Positions 13,758 to 27,003 of a DNA stretch of 64,000 bases are shown here, piece by piece. Position 1 is the stretch's first letter. Every line of letters begins with the position of its first letter. Origin of the DNA: Tubiluchus corallicola (lineage: Eukaryota > Animalia > Priapulida); contig JAQGDQ010000513.1 in the NCBI GenBank assembly GCA_030141605.1, forward strand, positions 62,001 to 126,000, in the 5' to 3' direction. The position numbers were made by a program, and so were the translations under genes. The notes under the pieces were generated by a model. The model had not been told where the DNA came from. It was given only the letters and a program-made list of their open reading frames with translations, and ran no database searches.

Positions 13758-13837
13758 TAGCTTCTGCATGTAAAAACATTTTTATTCCTTTGCTGCTTAT
13801 GATTGTAAACTAATTTCTGCGTTCAATTTTGTTGCAG

Positions 13838-13959
13838 GTAAAAGTTATCAAGTTCTCATATATGTGGACCATCAATAACTTTAGTTTCTGCAGGGAGGAG
13901 ATGGGAGAAGTGTTAAAAAGCTCAGTATTTTCGGCTGGCGCCAACGATAAATTAAAATG
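13838..13959 (+). CDS. SPOP: SPOP/roadkill coding exon (MATH domain start; first exon visible in window)
   Basis: Acceptor ttttgttgcAG, donor GTacgt. Translates [40 protein letters not shown](W), essentially the SPOP MATH N-terminus. 122 nt, ends phase 2. Confidence 0.96.
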
Positions 13960-14471
13960 GTACGTTTTTATCCTTATTTTATTATCCTTTATTCTCAGTG
14001 CTGTATTTACACATTTTTAAAACAATAACAAAAACAAATGAAATAATAATAACAAACACAGTACTCTTGTTCAGGCCTGGAATAATTACTAAAGTAAGCA
14101 AGGTAAATTGATGTTTTATAGTGATCACTTACTAGTAAGAAAGATAAACATGTCCATTTACTGCTTCACTTGAAAACTTCTTAGGAATAGAATTCGTTTA
14201 GTGTAGCTGTTTATTCGTGCAATACTTGCTAACTTCCGTTTTTATTTCCTTGAAAATTCTTCTAACAATAATTTCACGTTCATTCGTCTGACTATTTCTC
14301 ATTAGTTTACTGATTATTCTGATTTTTTTAAATTATCAATTAAATATCTTATTCTCCTCACACATATTTTATATAGTAACTTATAATTGTGTATGAAATA
14401 AGTTATAATTGTGTAGCATATGTGTGTGTCTGGTCAGGAAACTGTTGAGCTGTATTCTGTTACTTATCTGT

Positions 14472-14472
<1 letters not shown>

Positions 14473-14505
<33 letters not shown>
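14473..14505. repeat. (GAT)n microsatellite, possibly the tail of a minus-strand retroelement
   Basis: About 11 GAT units immediately followed by aagtctttatt (AATAAA on the minus strand). Confidence 0.8.
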
Positions 14506-15423
14506 AAGTCTTTATTAGCCTCTTTTTACATTCAAACATTTCTGCACAAACATTATACAATTTTACATAGACACTAGAGTGAATTCTACAATATTACATG
14601 TTTCTCATTCTGTAATTAGCCTTTTTAATTTGTGCGTCTAATATTATTTACTGTGATGTTAAACAAGGAGTATTGAAGTGAGCGCTAAAATCAAGGTTAT
14701 TAATGAAGCAAGTTTCCTGTCTAGTAACATAAAAATGCAGATAAATTAATGTACTAAATTATTAAATTTCAATTCAATATTTAAGTCCACAAGAGTTACA
14801 ATTAGTAATCTCATAAACTACGCAAATTTAATCCCCATTTTACTAAAATTTAGCAGCAGGATCTTAAAATGAAAGGGTCCTTTAGAAAGTAGGTTAGTGT
14901 CGGTATTAAATTTACATTTTTGGTGCAATACACATGATTGTATTGCAGTGATGTTACCTCAGTAACAGCTAGGGATTGGTAGAGCGATTATTGTAAAAAT
15001 ATTTATATTCCATCGCATTTAAACTCTGCACGATATTTAGACGTTATTATCGTGCTATGTGACCAAATAAGTTTTGCCATTAAGAATGCGTGTGCTTACA
15101 CATTCAAAACATTAGTCGTCGTATCAAATATCAACAGACTGATATACGCTTTGTCCCTGAGATCCCAAGGATAGCAACTTTAGGTGCGTGACCTGTTGAT
15201 GTCCTTGCCTTTGTGCGCCCCAGTCCTTGGCGCGAGTGAGTCCTGTGCTCAAGGACATACCCCAATCTGAGAGAAACGTAGCCACGCAGATAATGGGCAT
15301 AAATCGTTTAGGATTCGGCGTCTCTATCATGTTGTTATAAAAGACTTTTTCTCCCGGTGAGGTGGATGTCTGAGATGATCACGAATATTTAGCCCTCTGT
15401 TGCTAGTCAACTAAGTTAAATTA

Positions 15424-15847
15424 CCGTATTTTCCCATGTATAAGAGACCCTTGTGTATAAGAGACCCCTACAATTTTTAGGCAAAAATTCTGGAAAAAAG
15501 TTTTTTGGTAATGAATAACTTTATTCATCATAGAAATCATTAAATTCCTCATCACTCTCATCAAAAATATCAACTGGAGTCAGACCTTCAGCAATTCCAG
15601 CCAGTTCATCATCAGAGGAGTCACTCTGCTCAAAAATGGCATTGTCCTCTGTGCCGTCCATGGCATTGGAGATGCCACACTTCTTGAAAGATTTAATAAT
15701 GACCTCTGGCTTTACACCATTCCATGCCTTGAGGACCCAGCTGCAGACTTCTCCAAGGGTTGGCTTACTCCCATGTATAAGAGACCCCCTATTTTTAAAG
15801 TGAAAATTCTGAGCAAAAAAGGGTCTCTTATACATGGGAAAATACGG
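15424..15847 (-). mobile_element. Internally deleted pogo/Tigger-type transposon with transposase C-terminal remnant
   Basis: TIRs ccgtattttcccatgtataagagaccc and gggtctcttatacatgggaaaatacgg with TA on both sides. Minus ORF contains WVLKAWNGVKPEVIIKSFKKCGIS plus an acidic tail, typical of pogo (DDE_1) C-termini. Confidence 0.9.
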
Positions 15848-16678
15848 TAATAAAATTATGTTCATTTTTACGATTCTTACCACTCTTTGGAACCGAATTC
15901 TATTGTAGTCGCATTATATTTATCCACGTGGTACCAAGTTATACATGGTTAATATTCTTGCTCTGAAACGCTACATTATTTTTCCGGTATGTACGTTTAA
16001 TTTATGTAAATGCTTTGCGCAACGAAGTGTCTCGACATGGATGCCTCTGGGTTAAAATGATACCAATTTTTGTGCACAACCTAAGAAGAAAATGTATAGT
16101 TTTGTTTCTGCAATGCGCTGCCCCATACGAGGGCTAATTCGATCACCTGTTCCATACGTTATCATACCCCCCTCTCAGAACTGTCCAAACATCGAGAGCT
16201 AACAATCAGCAGTCATAAATTGCTCTTATGTCCAAAATCACGATAAAAGTGGTTCGTCTCCTTTTGACACAATAAGATTGTGAGCAAGAATGAAAACACT
16301 TTGTATAAATGCCCACACTGCTGTTAGCCTGGTATTATTATCATAAGGCTTAGCTCTAATTCACTTTTTGCTGAATTACAATCATTCCCTCTGCACGGTC
16401 AATTAAATTTCTAGTCTAGAATTCGGTCCACTGCTTTTAAGGTGAAGTGGCTTGGCACAATGCGAAATACAATATTTTATTAACCTGCATATTAATTATT
16501 ATTTAGTGCTATATTTTAATTTTATTATGTAAGTAAAAAGTTAACTACAAATTTAACATAATGTCTAAAATGACGTTAAGTTACTGAATAAAATGTGCAG
16601 GTCGTATATTGATTCGTTGTTTTGTTGTTAGTTACATGGAATACGGTCGGTGTTTTTCTTCTAAACGCAAGTCTTCTA

Positions 16679-17177
16679 GCTGATAGAATACATCTAAATT
16701 TCACAAGTCAGTTTCTGCCTGTCTGGAGGGGGTTTCGAACGCTGATAGAATACAACTAAATTTCACAAGTCAGTTTCTGCCTGTCTGGAGGGGGGTTTCG
16801 AACGCTGGTAGAATACAACTAAATTTCACAAGTCAGTTTCTGCCTGTCTGGAGGGGGTTTCGAACGATGATAGAATACAACTAAATTTCACAAGTCAGTT
16901 TCTGCCTGTCTGGAGGGGGGTTTCGAACGCTGGTAGAATACAACTAAATTTCACAAGTCAGTTTCTGCCTGTCTGGAGGGGGTTTCGAACGCTGATAGAA
17001 TACAACTAAATTTCACAAGTCAGTTTCTGCCTGTCTGGAGGGGGTTTTGAACGATGATAGAATACAACTAAATTTCACAAGTCAGTTTCTGCCTGTCTGG
17101 AGGGGGGTTTCGAACGCTGATAGAATACAACTAAATTTCACAAGTCAGTTTCTGCCTGTCTGGAGGGGGTTTCGAAT
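16679..17177. repeat. 62/63-bp minisatellite, about 8 copies
   Basis: gctgatagaatacaactaaatttcacaagtcagtttctgcctgtctggagggggtttcgaac in tandem, with the G-run length varying. Confidence 0.95.
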
Positions 17178-18909
17178 GCGGAACCTGTAATGAAACGACT
17201 GTAAATGTAGATCGTCGTCCATGGCATTGGGTCAGTAATTGTCGTACCGAGAAAACTCTATTACTGGCGAGATACAGAGGAGCTATACCTGCCCCGAAAG
17301 ATGTCAGACGATTTGTGGAGCACATAGGTGCCCACATTGTCATTGTTCGAATTCTTCATTACGATTTTGAATTTTTAGCCTCCAGCAAAATTTACTACTG
17401 TATGTAGGAAAAGAGAAATGGTACCAGGGGCGCCGACGTAATGCTTCCTCTTGTGGTTAGCCGATGTCACCACATTATACATTAATACCAGCAATGTTTG
17501 CAGCGAACATGTTGCCACAGTGGCGGCTCGTGTATAGGTACTATGGAACTGCAGCGCCCCCTATTTTCACTCAATATTATCGATAATATTCAATATAATG
17601 AGCCTTTTTTCTTTAGTTCTTACTTTATACTTGTACGGAACAAGAGCACGTGAGGGTAGTACTGTTTGCTTCACAACCCAGCACAGTGGTGTGTTTGGCT
17701 GTTGCGCGCATGCGGGCATGCGCACGTGTACGCTCTACTCCTGGCATCTGCTGCTAGGTAGAAAAAGTACTGTTGCTCACACAGTTTGTTGTCAGTTGTC
17801 ACGTGCTTAAAAACCGTGTACCGGCATATTCTTGAACTGCGACAATTTAGGCTATTTGTAAGCAAAGATTTTTGTTCGGGATTTTATCAAGTTTGTTTAC
17901 AAATTTTTGTATGTTTGCTTTAAAATTACAAATCACAACATTAAAGTTACACATGTTTGTTTTGCTTTACACAGTATTAAAACATTGGCTAAAAAGTTTC
18001 TGAAACAGCACCACTACTAATTTTTGCTACGTGTCACAACTGTATTGCCATCTACTAAATTAATTATTATAGCGTTCCTGTCGGCACCAAAATAAACAAA
18101 AGTTATTTTCTTGTTAGTGGACCTCGCTCCACGCTAGAAATTGGGCACTACAGTGGTTCGAGTTTTTCTACTTTACCTTTGATGTGCCACTTAAATGTGA
18201 CGACATGATAAATGGGGATGACTTGGCTCGAAATTGGATTATTGTGGCTTCCCTACTCTCTGGCTAGTTGCTGGAATGAAGCAATAAAACCAAATTACCA
18301 GGTTAATTGATGTGCCCTACCATGCTAGCTAATGAAACGTCTATTATAAAAACCCACTCTTGGCACACTACCTCTAATCATACAATATTTATTTCGTTCC
18401 GGAACCCTATGGCGATTTAGTTTACTGACATCATTGCCAGTAAACATTGGACATGTTTTTCCTGGCATTCATTTTCGTCTTTTTCCTTGATGTAGAATGA
18501 ATAGAACTGGTTTTTATTTTAATGTTTAGATTACGATGCAGGTCTCAGTAGGACTTTGTTACGTGACTTGCCCACACTGAAGTTGTCCTTTCAGACGCGT
18601 CTTTAATTTAGGTCATCTGTATTAATGTATACGAGCTCAAGGCACGAGGAAAACAAGCTTCGTCAATTGGAGAAAATTCGGGTCAGGGCAAATACGTATA
18701 AACTGTGAATGAAAGGGTATTCAGGCATACTTGTAAGAGTAATTGCTGCTTGAAGTGGCATACTGTTGACTCCGAGGTCACACTGCCCTGGTGTTTTACA
18801 GAAATGCCAGCTGTACATCACTGACAACTCATCTTCTAAACTCGGAAATAGAATGGTCCCGTCCGATTACGTTTTTCTTGCTGTCCACCAGCGCGATTTA
18901 CTGACCTTT

Positions 18910-19342
18910 ATGTAGCTTACTACAAAGAGTATGGCCATTTTTGGAGCTTACCTCAGAAAATATGGTCATTTTGGAGCTTACTACAGAAAATATTACCATT
19001 TTTGGAGTTTGGTACTGAGAATATGGCTATTTTTGGAGCTTAGTACGGAGAATAATGGCCATTTATGGAGTTTACTACGGAGAATAGTCCAGAGAATATG
19101 GCCATTTATGGGCTTATTACGGAATATATGGCTATGTTTTAAGCTTAGTACGGAGAATATGGCCATTTTTGAAGCATACTACGGAGAATATGGCCATTTG
19201 TGGAGCTTACTACTGAGAATATGACTATTTTTGAAGCTTAGTACGGAGAATATAGCTATTTTTGAAGCTTAGCGCGGAGAATATGGCCATTTTGGAGCTT
19301 ACTGCAGAAAATATGACCATTTTTGGAGTTTACTACGGAGAA
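18910..19342. repeat. Degenerate minisatellite of about 31 bp
   Basis: ggagcttactacggagaatatggccattttt-like units, about 13 copies. Confidence 0.9.
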
Positions 19343-19947
19343 CACTCCGAGAACGCTATTTCCCAATTTCACTTTCAAGCAGGAAGAGTACGCGTATGTT
19401 GGACCTTTGTCCGAAGTTTGGCACTGTGCCAGATCGTTCAATAAACACTTCATATAGCATGAATTAATACACAGTTGTTTGCCAGTTCACTTGCAATGTG
19501 CAAACGTTCAACGATGATTTAATTATTTCTATAGCTCGGTATTATAATCTGCCATAACACGCAGCGTGTCACAGGCAGCGCCTTGTTCAATAATTCTACT
19601 GTTCAATATTCTCCGCCTTGTTCAATAATTACACGTATATCACTTGACCTGCTTCAGTAAGCAGATAACATAACTGAATGAGCTTAGATATCTGAGATTT
19701 AGTTGCCATGGGTTACATCAGTTAAATGTTTATGTGACTCTTTATGCTATTAGGCTTCCCAAATAGTAAACACAATTTAGTATAAAGTAACGTCTAGGGT
19801 AGAGTTATGGCGGGGAGTAGATGCTATGGTGCATTATTCTACTATGTGAAATTACACTGTATATAATATCACTTGATCTGCTTCAGTAAGGACATAACAT
19901 AACTGAATGAGCTTAGATGTCTGAGATATAGTTGCCATGGGTTACAT

Positions 19948-20427
19948 ATATATATATATATGTATATTAATTCTTTATTTGTCATTGAAATGCATCACGC
20001 ATTATAATAAAATTGCGTAAGCCTCAGCATAATGTTAAAATAACAACACTGTTCAAGACAAATGCGTCCAGAGCATACTAAAAAAACTAAAGTGCAAAAC
20101 TAAGGCCCAATTATACACAATAAATGAACATATTTGCGAACACCATATTAAAATATTTTTACAAAACAATATTACAAAAGTACGTTAAAATTTACATGAC
20201 ATATTTTACACTATATATACATTTGACATGACACAATTAACAGAAACAAGTTTTACATTACATAAATTTCACTCATTACATTTACACTGTTTATACATTT
20301 GACATTACAAAACTGACATAACTCGTATTACATTACATAATTTCTTTAAAAATTTTACATTTTTAATCGTTTTATGAAGTCACGGGCTGGGGTAGATGTA
20401 TGTTGGGTCTACTTAAATGTTTGTCAC
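19948..20427 (-). mobile_element. 5'-truncated LINE 3'-end insertion with TSD
   Basis: Splits the second copy of a local duplication. Flanked by ttacat at 19942 and 20428, with an (AT)n tail and AATAAA on the minus strand. Confidence 0.55.
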
Positions 20428-21524
20428 TTACATCACTTAAATATTTATGTAAATGTTATAAAATAACGTCAAGGGTAGAGTTATGGCGGGGAGTAGATGT
20501 TATGGTGCATAATTATTCTGATTTATTAGATCCAACTTACTTTTCTCGACCTTTTACGAACCGTTATGGCGGGGAGTAGATGCGATGGTGTATGATTATT
20601 CTGAGTTAATAAATCCAACTTTTACTTTTCTCGACCTTTTACGAACCAGCTTAATTATAAGGCGTGTGCTTGAGTTGGGTTGTAAAAAGTTCGTGCAGTG
20701 CCAGTATCAGAGCGACCTCCGGGTTTAATTGAACGTTAGTTGCTTTCGACGCGCGTGATTATAATGGTTTCATGTACAGCTGTATGCAGAGCAGTTCGCG
20801 TAGTGCATTCACACCCGTAATGACCGTTCTGTCACCTTTTCAGAGTTAAAAACCTTCAATGAATATAATTATTTTCTGATAGATGAAGTTCACCTATCAC
20901 AAGTGTAGTCGTTTGAGTTACTTATTATTATTATTTGCCATTTATTCGTATGTTTTGTCCAAACAATGCAATGATGTTAATGAATTAGTACCAAAAAACA
21001 GTGCCACATTAGCTTTGTTATAACACACTTACCACAACATACAAAAAGAAAAATGGATGCAACGATTGCAATTGAACAGCATATAGAAATCAGACAGTGA
21101 TTATATATTCAAGTATATCGTACAGCTCTACGTAATTTAAAAAACTGAAGTTATTTTTAATGAGCAACTAAAATGTGTAATAAAAAGTGTACAGCATTCA
21201 TTTTATCATCATCAAGACCTGAAACTCTCTTCAAATTTGAGTTATCTAATGTGGAGTTGTTATACAAGTTTTAACAAACACTAAATTAAATTCTAGAATG
21301 GAACAATATTTCTAGAATATGTGCTTGATTTGTAAAATGTTTGGCATTTGGATTGATACGTGGAAGGTGTGTCATTAATTAATGCGTTTAGCTCATATTT
21401 TATTTGGCTTTGAGAATGTTCACTGTTTTGTTTAACAAGTATGGGCAGCTACGGAAAGTTGTCCAGTAGTAAAATTGACCATGTAATACAAATACGTAAG
21501 CCATCAAAAAAGCTAGGCATTTGG

Positions 21525-23890
21525 TTTTTTATTTGATTTTTAATTTATTTTATTTATAATACCTCTACGAACAGAGGTCAAGAGATTTATCTGTCAGTTA
21601 AAAATATTGTAAAATATTTCGACAATGCATAGAAAGTAAAATTACAGCTAAAAGTACCAAATACATGGTACACGGTTAGTGCAATATAACCACACAGGTA
21701 CGAGCAAATGAATTAAAAGTGCAGATAAAAATATTAAAACTTGATTAATATGATAAAATTGTATAATTATAGTAAAAAAATTGACATCTTACATCATTTA
21801 TCAGATCACACATATCCCAGTTAATATTTTTTTTAAAGTTCCTTAAATTTATTTATATTACTGGCTTGTTTTCTTTTACTTGGTAAATTATTCCATATTA
21901 CAGCACCATTATACATGACAGAATGTTTCATAACGTTTGTTCTGCACTTAGGAGTATGAAATTTGTGGTATTGTCGAGTTTGATATGAATACATATTGCT
22001 ATTATAACTGAAAAAATGGTGATACATATTAAGCGAAAGATTATTAACAAATTTGTACATTATTTGTACATAAACAAGTTAGTTTGCATATATACTAGCT
22101 TGGACATTGTCAGCATTTTCAAATTTTTTAAAAGATTGTAGGTGTGAGCTCTGTAATGCGAGTGTGTCATTAGACGAATGAGCTTTTTTTGAACTTTCAA
22201 TAATCTTTCTAAGATATCTGCATACGTATTACCCTATACTATCATTGCAATAATCAAAGTTTCAATAATCTTTCTAAGGTATCTGCATGCGTATTACCCC
22301 ATACTATCATTGCAATAATCAAAAGTTTCAGTAATCTTTCTAATGTATCAGTATACATATTACCCCATACTATCATTGCAATAATCAAAGTTTCAATAAT
22401 CTTTCTAAGCTATCTGCATACGTATTATCCTATACTATCATTGCAATAATCAAAGTTTCAATAATCTTTCCAAGGTATCTGCATACGTATTACCCCATAC
22501 TATCATTGCAATAATCAAAAGTTTCAGTAATCTTTCTAATGTATCAGTATACATATTACCCCATACTATCATTGCAATAATCAAAGTTTCAATAATCTTT
22601 CTAAGCTATCTGCATACGTATTATCCCATACTATCATTGCAATAATCAAAGTTTCAATAATCTTTCCAAGGTATCTGCATACGTATTACCCCATACTATC
22701 ATTGCAATAATGAAAGTTTCAATAATCTTTCTAAGGTATCAGTATACATATTACCCCATACTATCATTGCAATAATCAAAAGTTTCAATAATCTTTCTAT
22801 GGTATTTGTATACGTATTACCCCATACTATCATTGCAATAATCAAAAGTTTCAGTAATCTTTCTAATGTATCAGTATACATATTACCCCATACTATCATT
22901 GCAATAATGAAAGTTTCAATAATCTTTCTAAGATATCTGCATACGTATTACCCCGTACTATCATTGCAATAATCAAAGTTTCAATAATCTTTCTAAGATA
23001 TCTGCATACGTATTACCCCATACTATCATTGCAATAACCAAAGTTTCAATAATCTTTCTAAGGTATATGCATACGTATTACCCCATACTATCATTGCAAT
23101 AATCAAAGTTTCAATAATCTTTCCAAGGTATCTGCATACGTATTACCCCATCCTATCATTGCAATAATCAAAGTTTCAATAATCTTTCCAAGGTATCTGC
23201 ATACGTATTACCCCATACTATACTGCAACAATCAAAGTTTCAATAATCTTTCTAAGGTATCAGTGTACATATTACCCCACACTATCATTGCAATAATCAA
23301 AAGTTTCAATAATCTTTTTAAGGTATCAGTATACATATTACCCCACACTATCATTGCAATAATGAAAAGTTTCAATAATCTTTCTAAGGTATCAGTATAC
23401 ATATTACCCCATACTATACTGCAATAATCAAAGTAAGGATATGCAAACGTATAATACAGCTGCTTATAAGTGGATAAATCTAAAATTTTATAACATTTTT
23501 TGAAAATTCAACTACTAAGTTTTGAGCAAATATGGTTGATACGTTTTTCCATGACAAAATCTCATCCAAAATGTTATCTAAAAACTTAATCTCTTTAACA
23601 TGAGTGATAAAAGCACCATCGACTTGAATATGATAGTTCTCTCTAAGATATCTTTAAAAAGCAGTAAAAATTATAAGATTTGTCTTTTTTTACATTAATT
23701 TATGAGCCTTAAACCAATTCGATACTAACTTTAGTTCCTGATTAACAATTTCACAAAAAGAATAAACATGTTTAATCAGATAAGATCAAACTACTGCCAT
23801 CGGCAAATATTTCGGTGAATTAGTTTTTCGAAACGGTTGCTAAATCATTCACGTAGAATAAAAACGACAGTGGCGCCAAAATGCTGAATA
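21525..23890 (-). mobile_element. Decayed, 5'-truncated CR1/L2-type LINE (RT C-terminal half and 3' UTR)
   Basis: Minus strand reads SILAPLSFLFYVNDL...IFADG (RT GSxLGPLLF/YADD motifs), VNQELKLVSNWF, LYYTFAYPYFDYCSIVWGN and MYKFVNNL...RTN...NGAVIWNNLP...KFK, with stops and frameshifts. Confidence 0.88.
22193..23433. repeat. 65/66-bp minisatellite, about 19 copies, expanded from LINE ORF2
   Basis: Unit aataatctttctaaggtatctgcatacgtattaccccatactatcattgcaataatcaaagtttc. Minus strand encodes the LINE motif IVWGNTY.DTLERLLKL. Confidence 0.95.
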
Positions 23891-23913
23891 GTTAATATTT
23901 TTACGATAGTTAA

Positions 23914-24162
<249 letters not shown>

Positions 24163-25029
24163 TAAAATTCATCTGTCTTATCCGTTCAATATTGCTTACA
24201 AGTCTTTACGGTTCACTTTACGTAGACTGTACCGTGTTTTAGGCACAAGCTTGAAACTGAGCACGTGCTGCCATCTATTTGTTTCGAAAAATATAAATTC
24301 TATAATTTGAACTGGTAGTGGATGTATTTCTTTGCTTAATTCCACTGTAGACGAATTATGTAATGTTTAAAATCATTGAAATCAAAGTGTTTATTTACCA
24401 CTGGTTAGCAGTAATGTTTTAAATTTTTTTCAATGCGCATTTTTTCATGCTCTGTTTTTTAGTTTCGTGTTACTAAATTATCGTATAATTGTCAATTATT
24501 GTGCAGTGGCTTTTTTGTATCATGAACATGCGTGCTCTAATAATTATGTTTAAGCGTCAAAACGACTCTGCTGTTAATACACCAATTTAGTGGAAAATTC
24601 GATACTAGTACAATGAGCATCGTTCAAAACGGCAACCCTGGCCCGTCTAATACAATGAGCATCGTACAAAACAGCAACCCTGGCCCCAAAGTTAGCTGTG
24701 GAAAAACATGCCGTGTCCGGCGTTCCCTAAAAGATTGATGTTATAATGATTATTGGATTTTACGTTTTAAATTAAAAAAATACATTTTCATATGACTGCA
24801 TCAAGTAAGTACGTGAAAATTATGCAAATTCCCGACCGGGTGCGCAATAAAAAAATTACTCCGGCAATTAGGCGGAACCAGATGTATTTTTATTGTCGGC
24901 CTAAGAGACTGCGTGAATTTGTGAAGTCAACAATTCCAAGGATTGGCATACATTTAAAAGTCTCTTCTGACAAGGATGTTATCTAGCTTCTAGCATGTTT
25001 GCATTTATTCTGCAATATGTAACATATAA

Positions 25030-25182
<153 letters not shown>

Positions 25183-25654
25183 TAAAAATATTCACTAGTT
25201 ATTATGGGAATGGTTTTTATTATCAAGATTTGCTATAGTTAATAACAAAGGTATCGTCCTTGTAGTCAGTTGAGGCTTTTTTATATTCATAAAAACTAAT
25301 GAATCAAAGTATATATTCTTCTTAGCATGAGTTGTACTTAACCAGTCATGTGTAATTAAAAACTGATTCATTATGACACATTAATTATGATGTGTTAACT
25401 TTCACGTACACAATTTCGCTGTTGTGTTAGTGAACAGCTATCGTTTCCATATTAAAGATAGTTAATGAATTAATTATTATTATGAATTTCTGCTTTCTTG
25501 CTTCTGTATGTGTCTCCTGCAGTATAGACTATTACAATCAAGAAACCTTTTAATAGTAGCTTTAAACTTCAATAATTTTCTTGCTGGAAGAGAGTACCTT
25601 CACGAATTGTATTTCATTACAATTTATAACATAGTGTTTTTCTTGTTTATTTAG

Positions 25655-25832
25655 GTTAGTGTAGTGGCAGATTCAGTGAATGTGTCGGGTCAGTCGAATC
25701 TCACTCCATTCAAGGTGCCAGAGTGCAACTTATCTAGTGATCTTGAACGCATGTTTGAGCGCCAAAGTTTTAGCGACGTGACACTCTGTGTAAGCGGTCG
25801 CGAATTTCAGGCTCATAAAGCCATCTTAGCAG
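25655..25832 (+). CDS. SPOP: SPOP coding exon (linker and BTB start)
   Basis: tttatttAG...GTaaat. VSVVADSVNVSGQSNLTPFKVPECNLSSDLERMFERQSFSDVTLCVSGREFQAHKAILA. 178 nt. Confidence 0.97.
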
Positions 25833-26035
25833 GTAAATTTAAATATTTGACTGTTCACGTCATTACCTTGTGACGAGATGCAATATTATTTCGTCGTGAG
25901 TGTTAAATCCAAGTACAGGCTGAAAATGTTACATTGTTTTAGCAAGTGTTTGTACATCGCTTAACTGGTCTTGTTAATAGGAGAATTCCGACATTTCGCT
26001 CTTTAAGTGAAACTTCAATACCACGGGACATAAAA

Positions 26036-26733
26036 TAGGGCCTTCGAATTTCCGCTATCACCGAAAATGGATGGAATTCGCAGAAATGGGCAACCGAAAT
26101 GGAAATAGCTATGAAAATGGATTTTCCGGAAGCAGAAAAACGGTCCGATTTCCGACTTTTCTGCAAATTTAATACATACTAGAGATGGAATTTTTTTCAC
26201 TTGTTACTTTCCAGAAAAACTAAGCAGTTTTTTTCAGCCTTTCGCGACCTTAATAGAAAATTTCTTCCCCGAGTTTTATTTTTTACGCAATTTACGTTTC
26301 TACTTTCACTTTGCGTTTGCCACGAGAAACATGGGCAATCCTTTAGCACGAGATTGTTGTCAATAGTAGCACTTTAGTGGAAAGGTTTCCCATGTTCACA
26401 CACACAAACATGATCTGACGATGTTATGCCAGCAAATTTCACGATGATTTTTACGAAAATGATGGGATATTGTTCTGAAACTTTTGTGTGCGAATTAAAT
26501 TTTGGCATTCTTCTTTTACCTTAGCCGAATACAAATACTTGGTAGATTTCATACTTAATTCATATAAAAATTATTTTTTTAATTACAATTTATCACACGT
26601 CATATAATTTGATGATAAATATTAGTTACAGCATCACATAGTTTCTAGTTTCTGTGAAGTGGAATTGAAACGGAATTGACAATTCTTTGAAACGGACTTT
26701 GGTCAATTTGGAAACGGAAAATCGGAGGCCCTA
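26036..26733. mobile_element. hAT-like MITE with 6-bp TSD in a SPOP intron
   Basis: TIRs tagggccttcgaatttcc and ggaaaatcggaggcccta. Flanked by ataaaa on both sides. Subterminal ttccg/cggaa motifs. Confidence 0.8.
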
Positions 26734-27003
26734 ATAAAATCAGTGGCAGGCTTCACCAACCCCTTTTTAAAAATGCCATATCTATACATTGCTAGATCTA
26801 TACATTGTACACATGTATATATGTTTATATATGTATAAATCCATACATTATTCGCATTTTGATTTTATTAACATTTACTCACATTGATTTATATATGACT
26901 TGCTTATTCTATTCAAAATCTATAAGCCAGTATGGTTTCGCTACACTTTTTCCCCCCGTTAATTCCACATTTTCTGTACGTTGTTTTTTCTTCTTTTGCG
27001 TAG

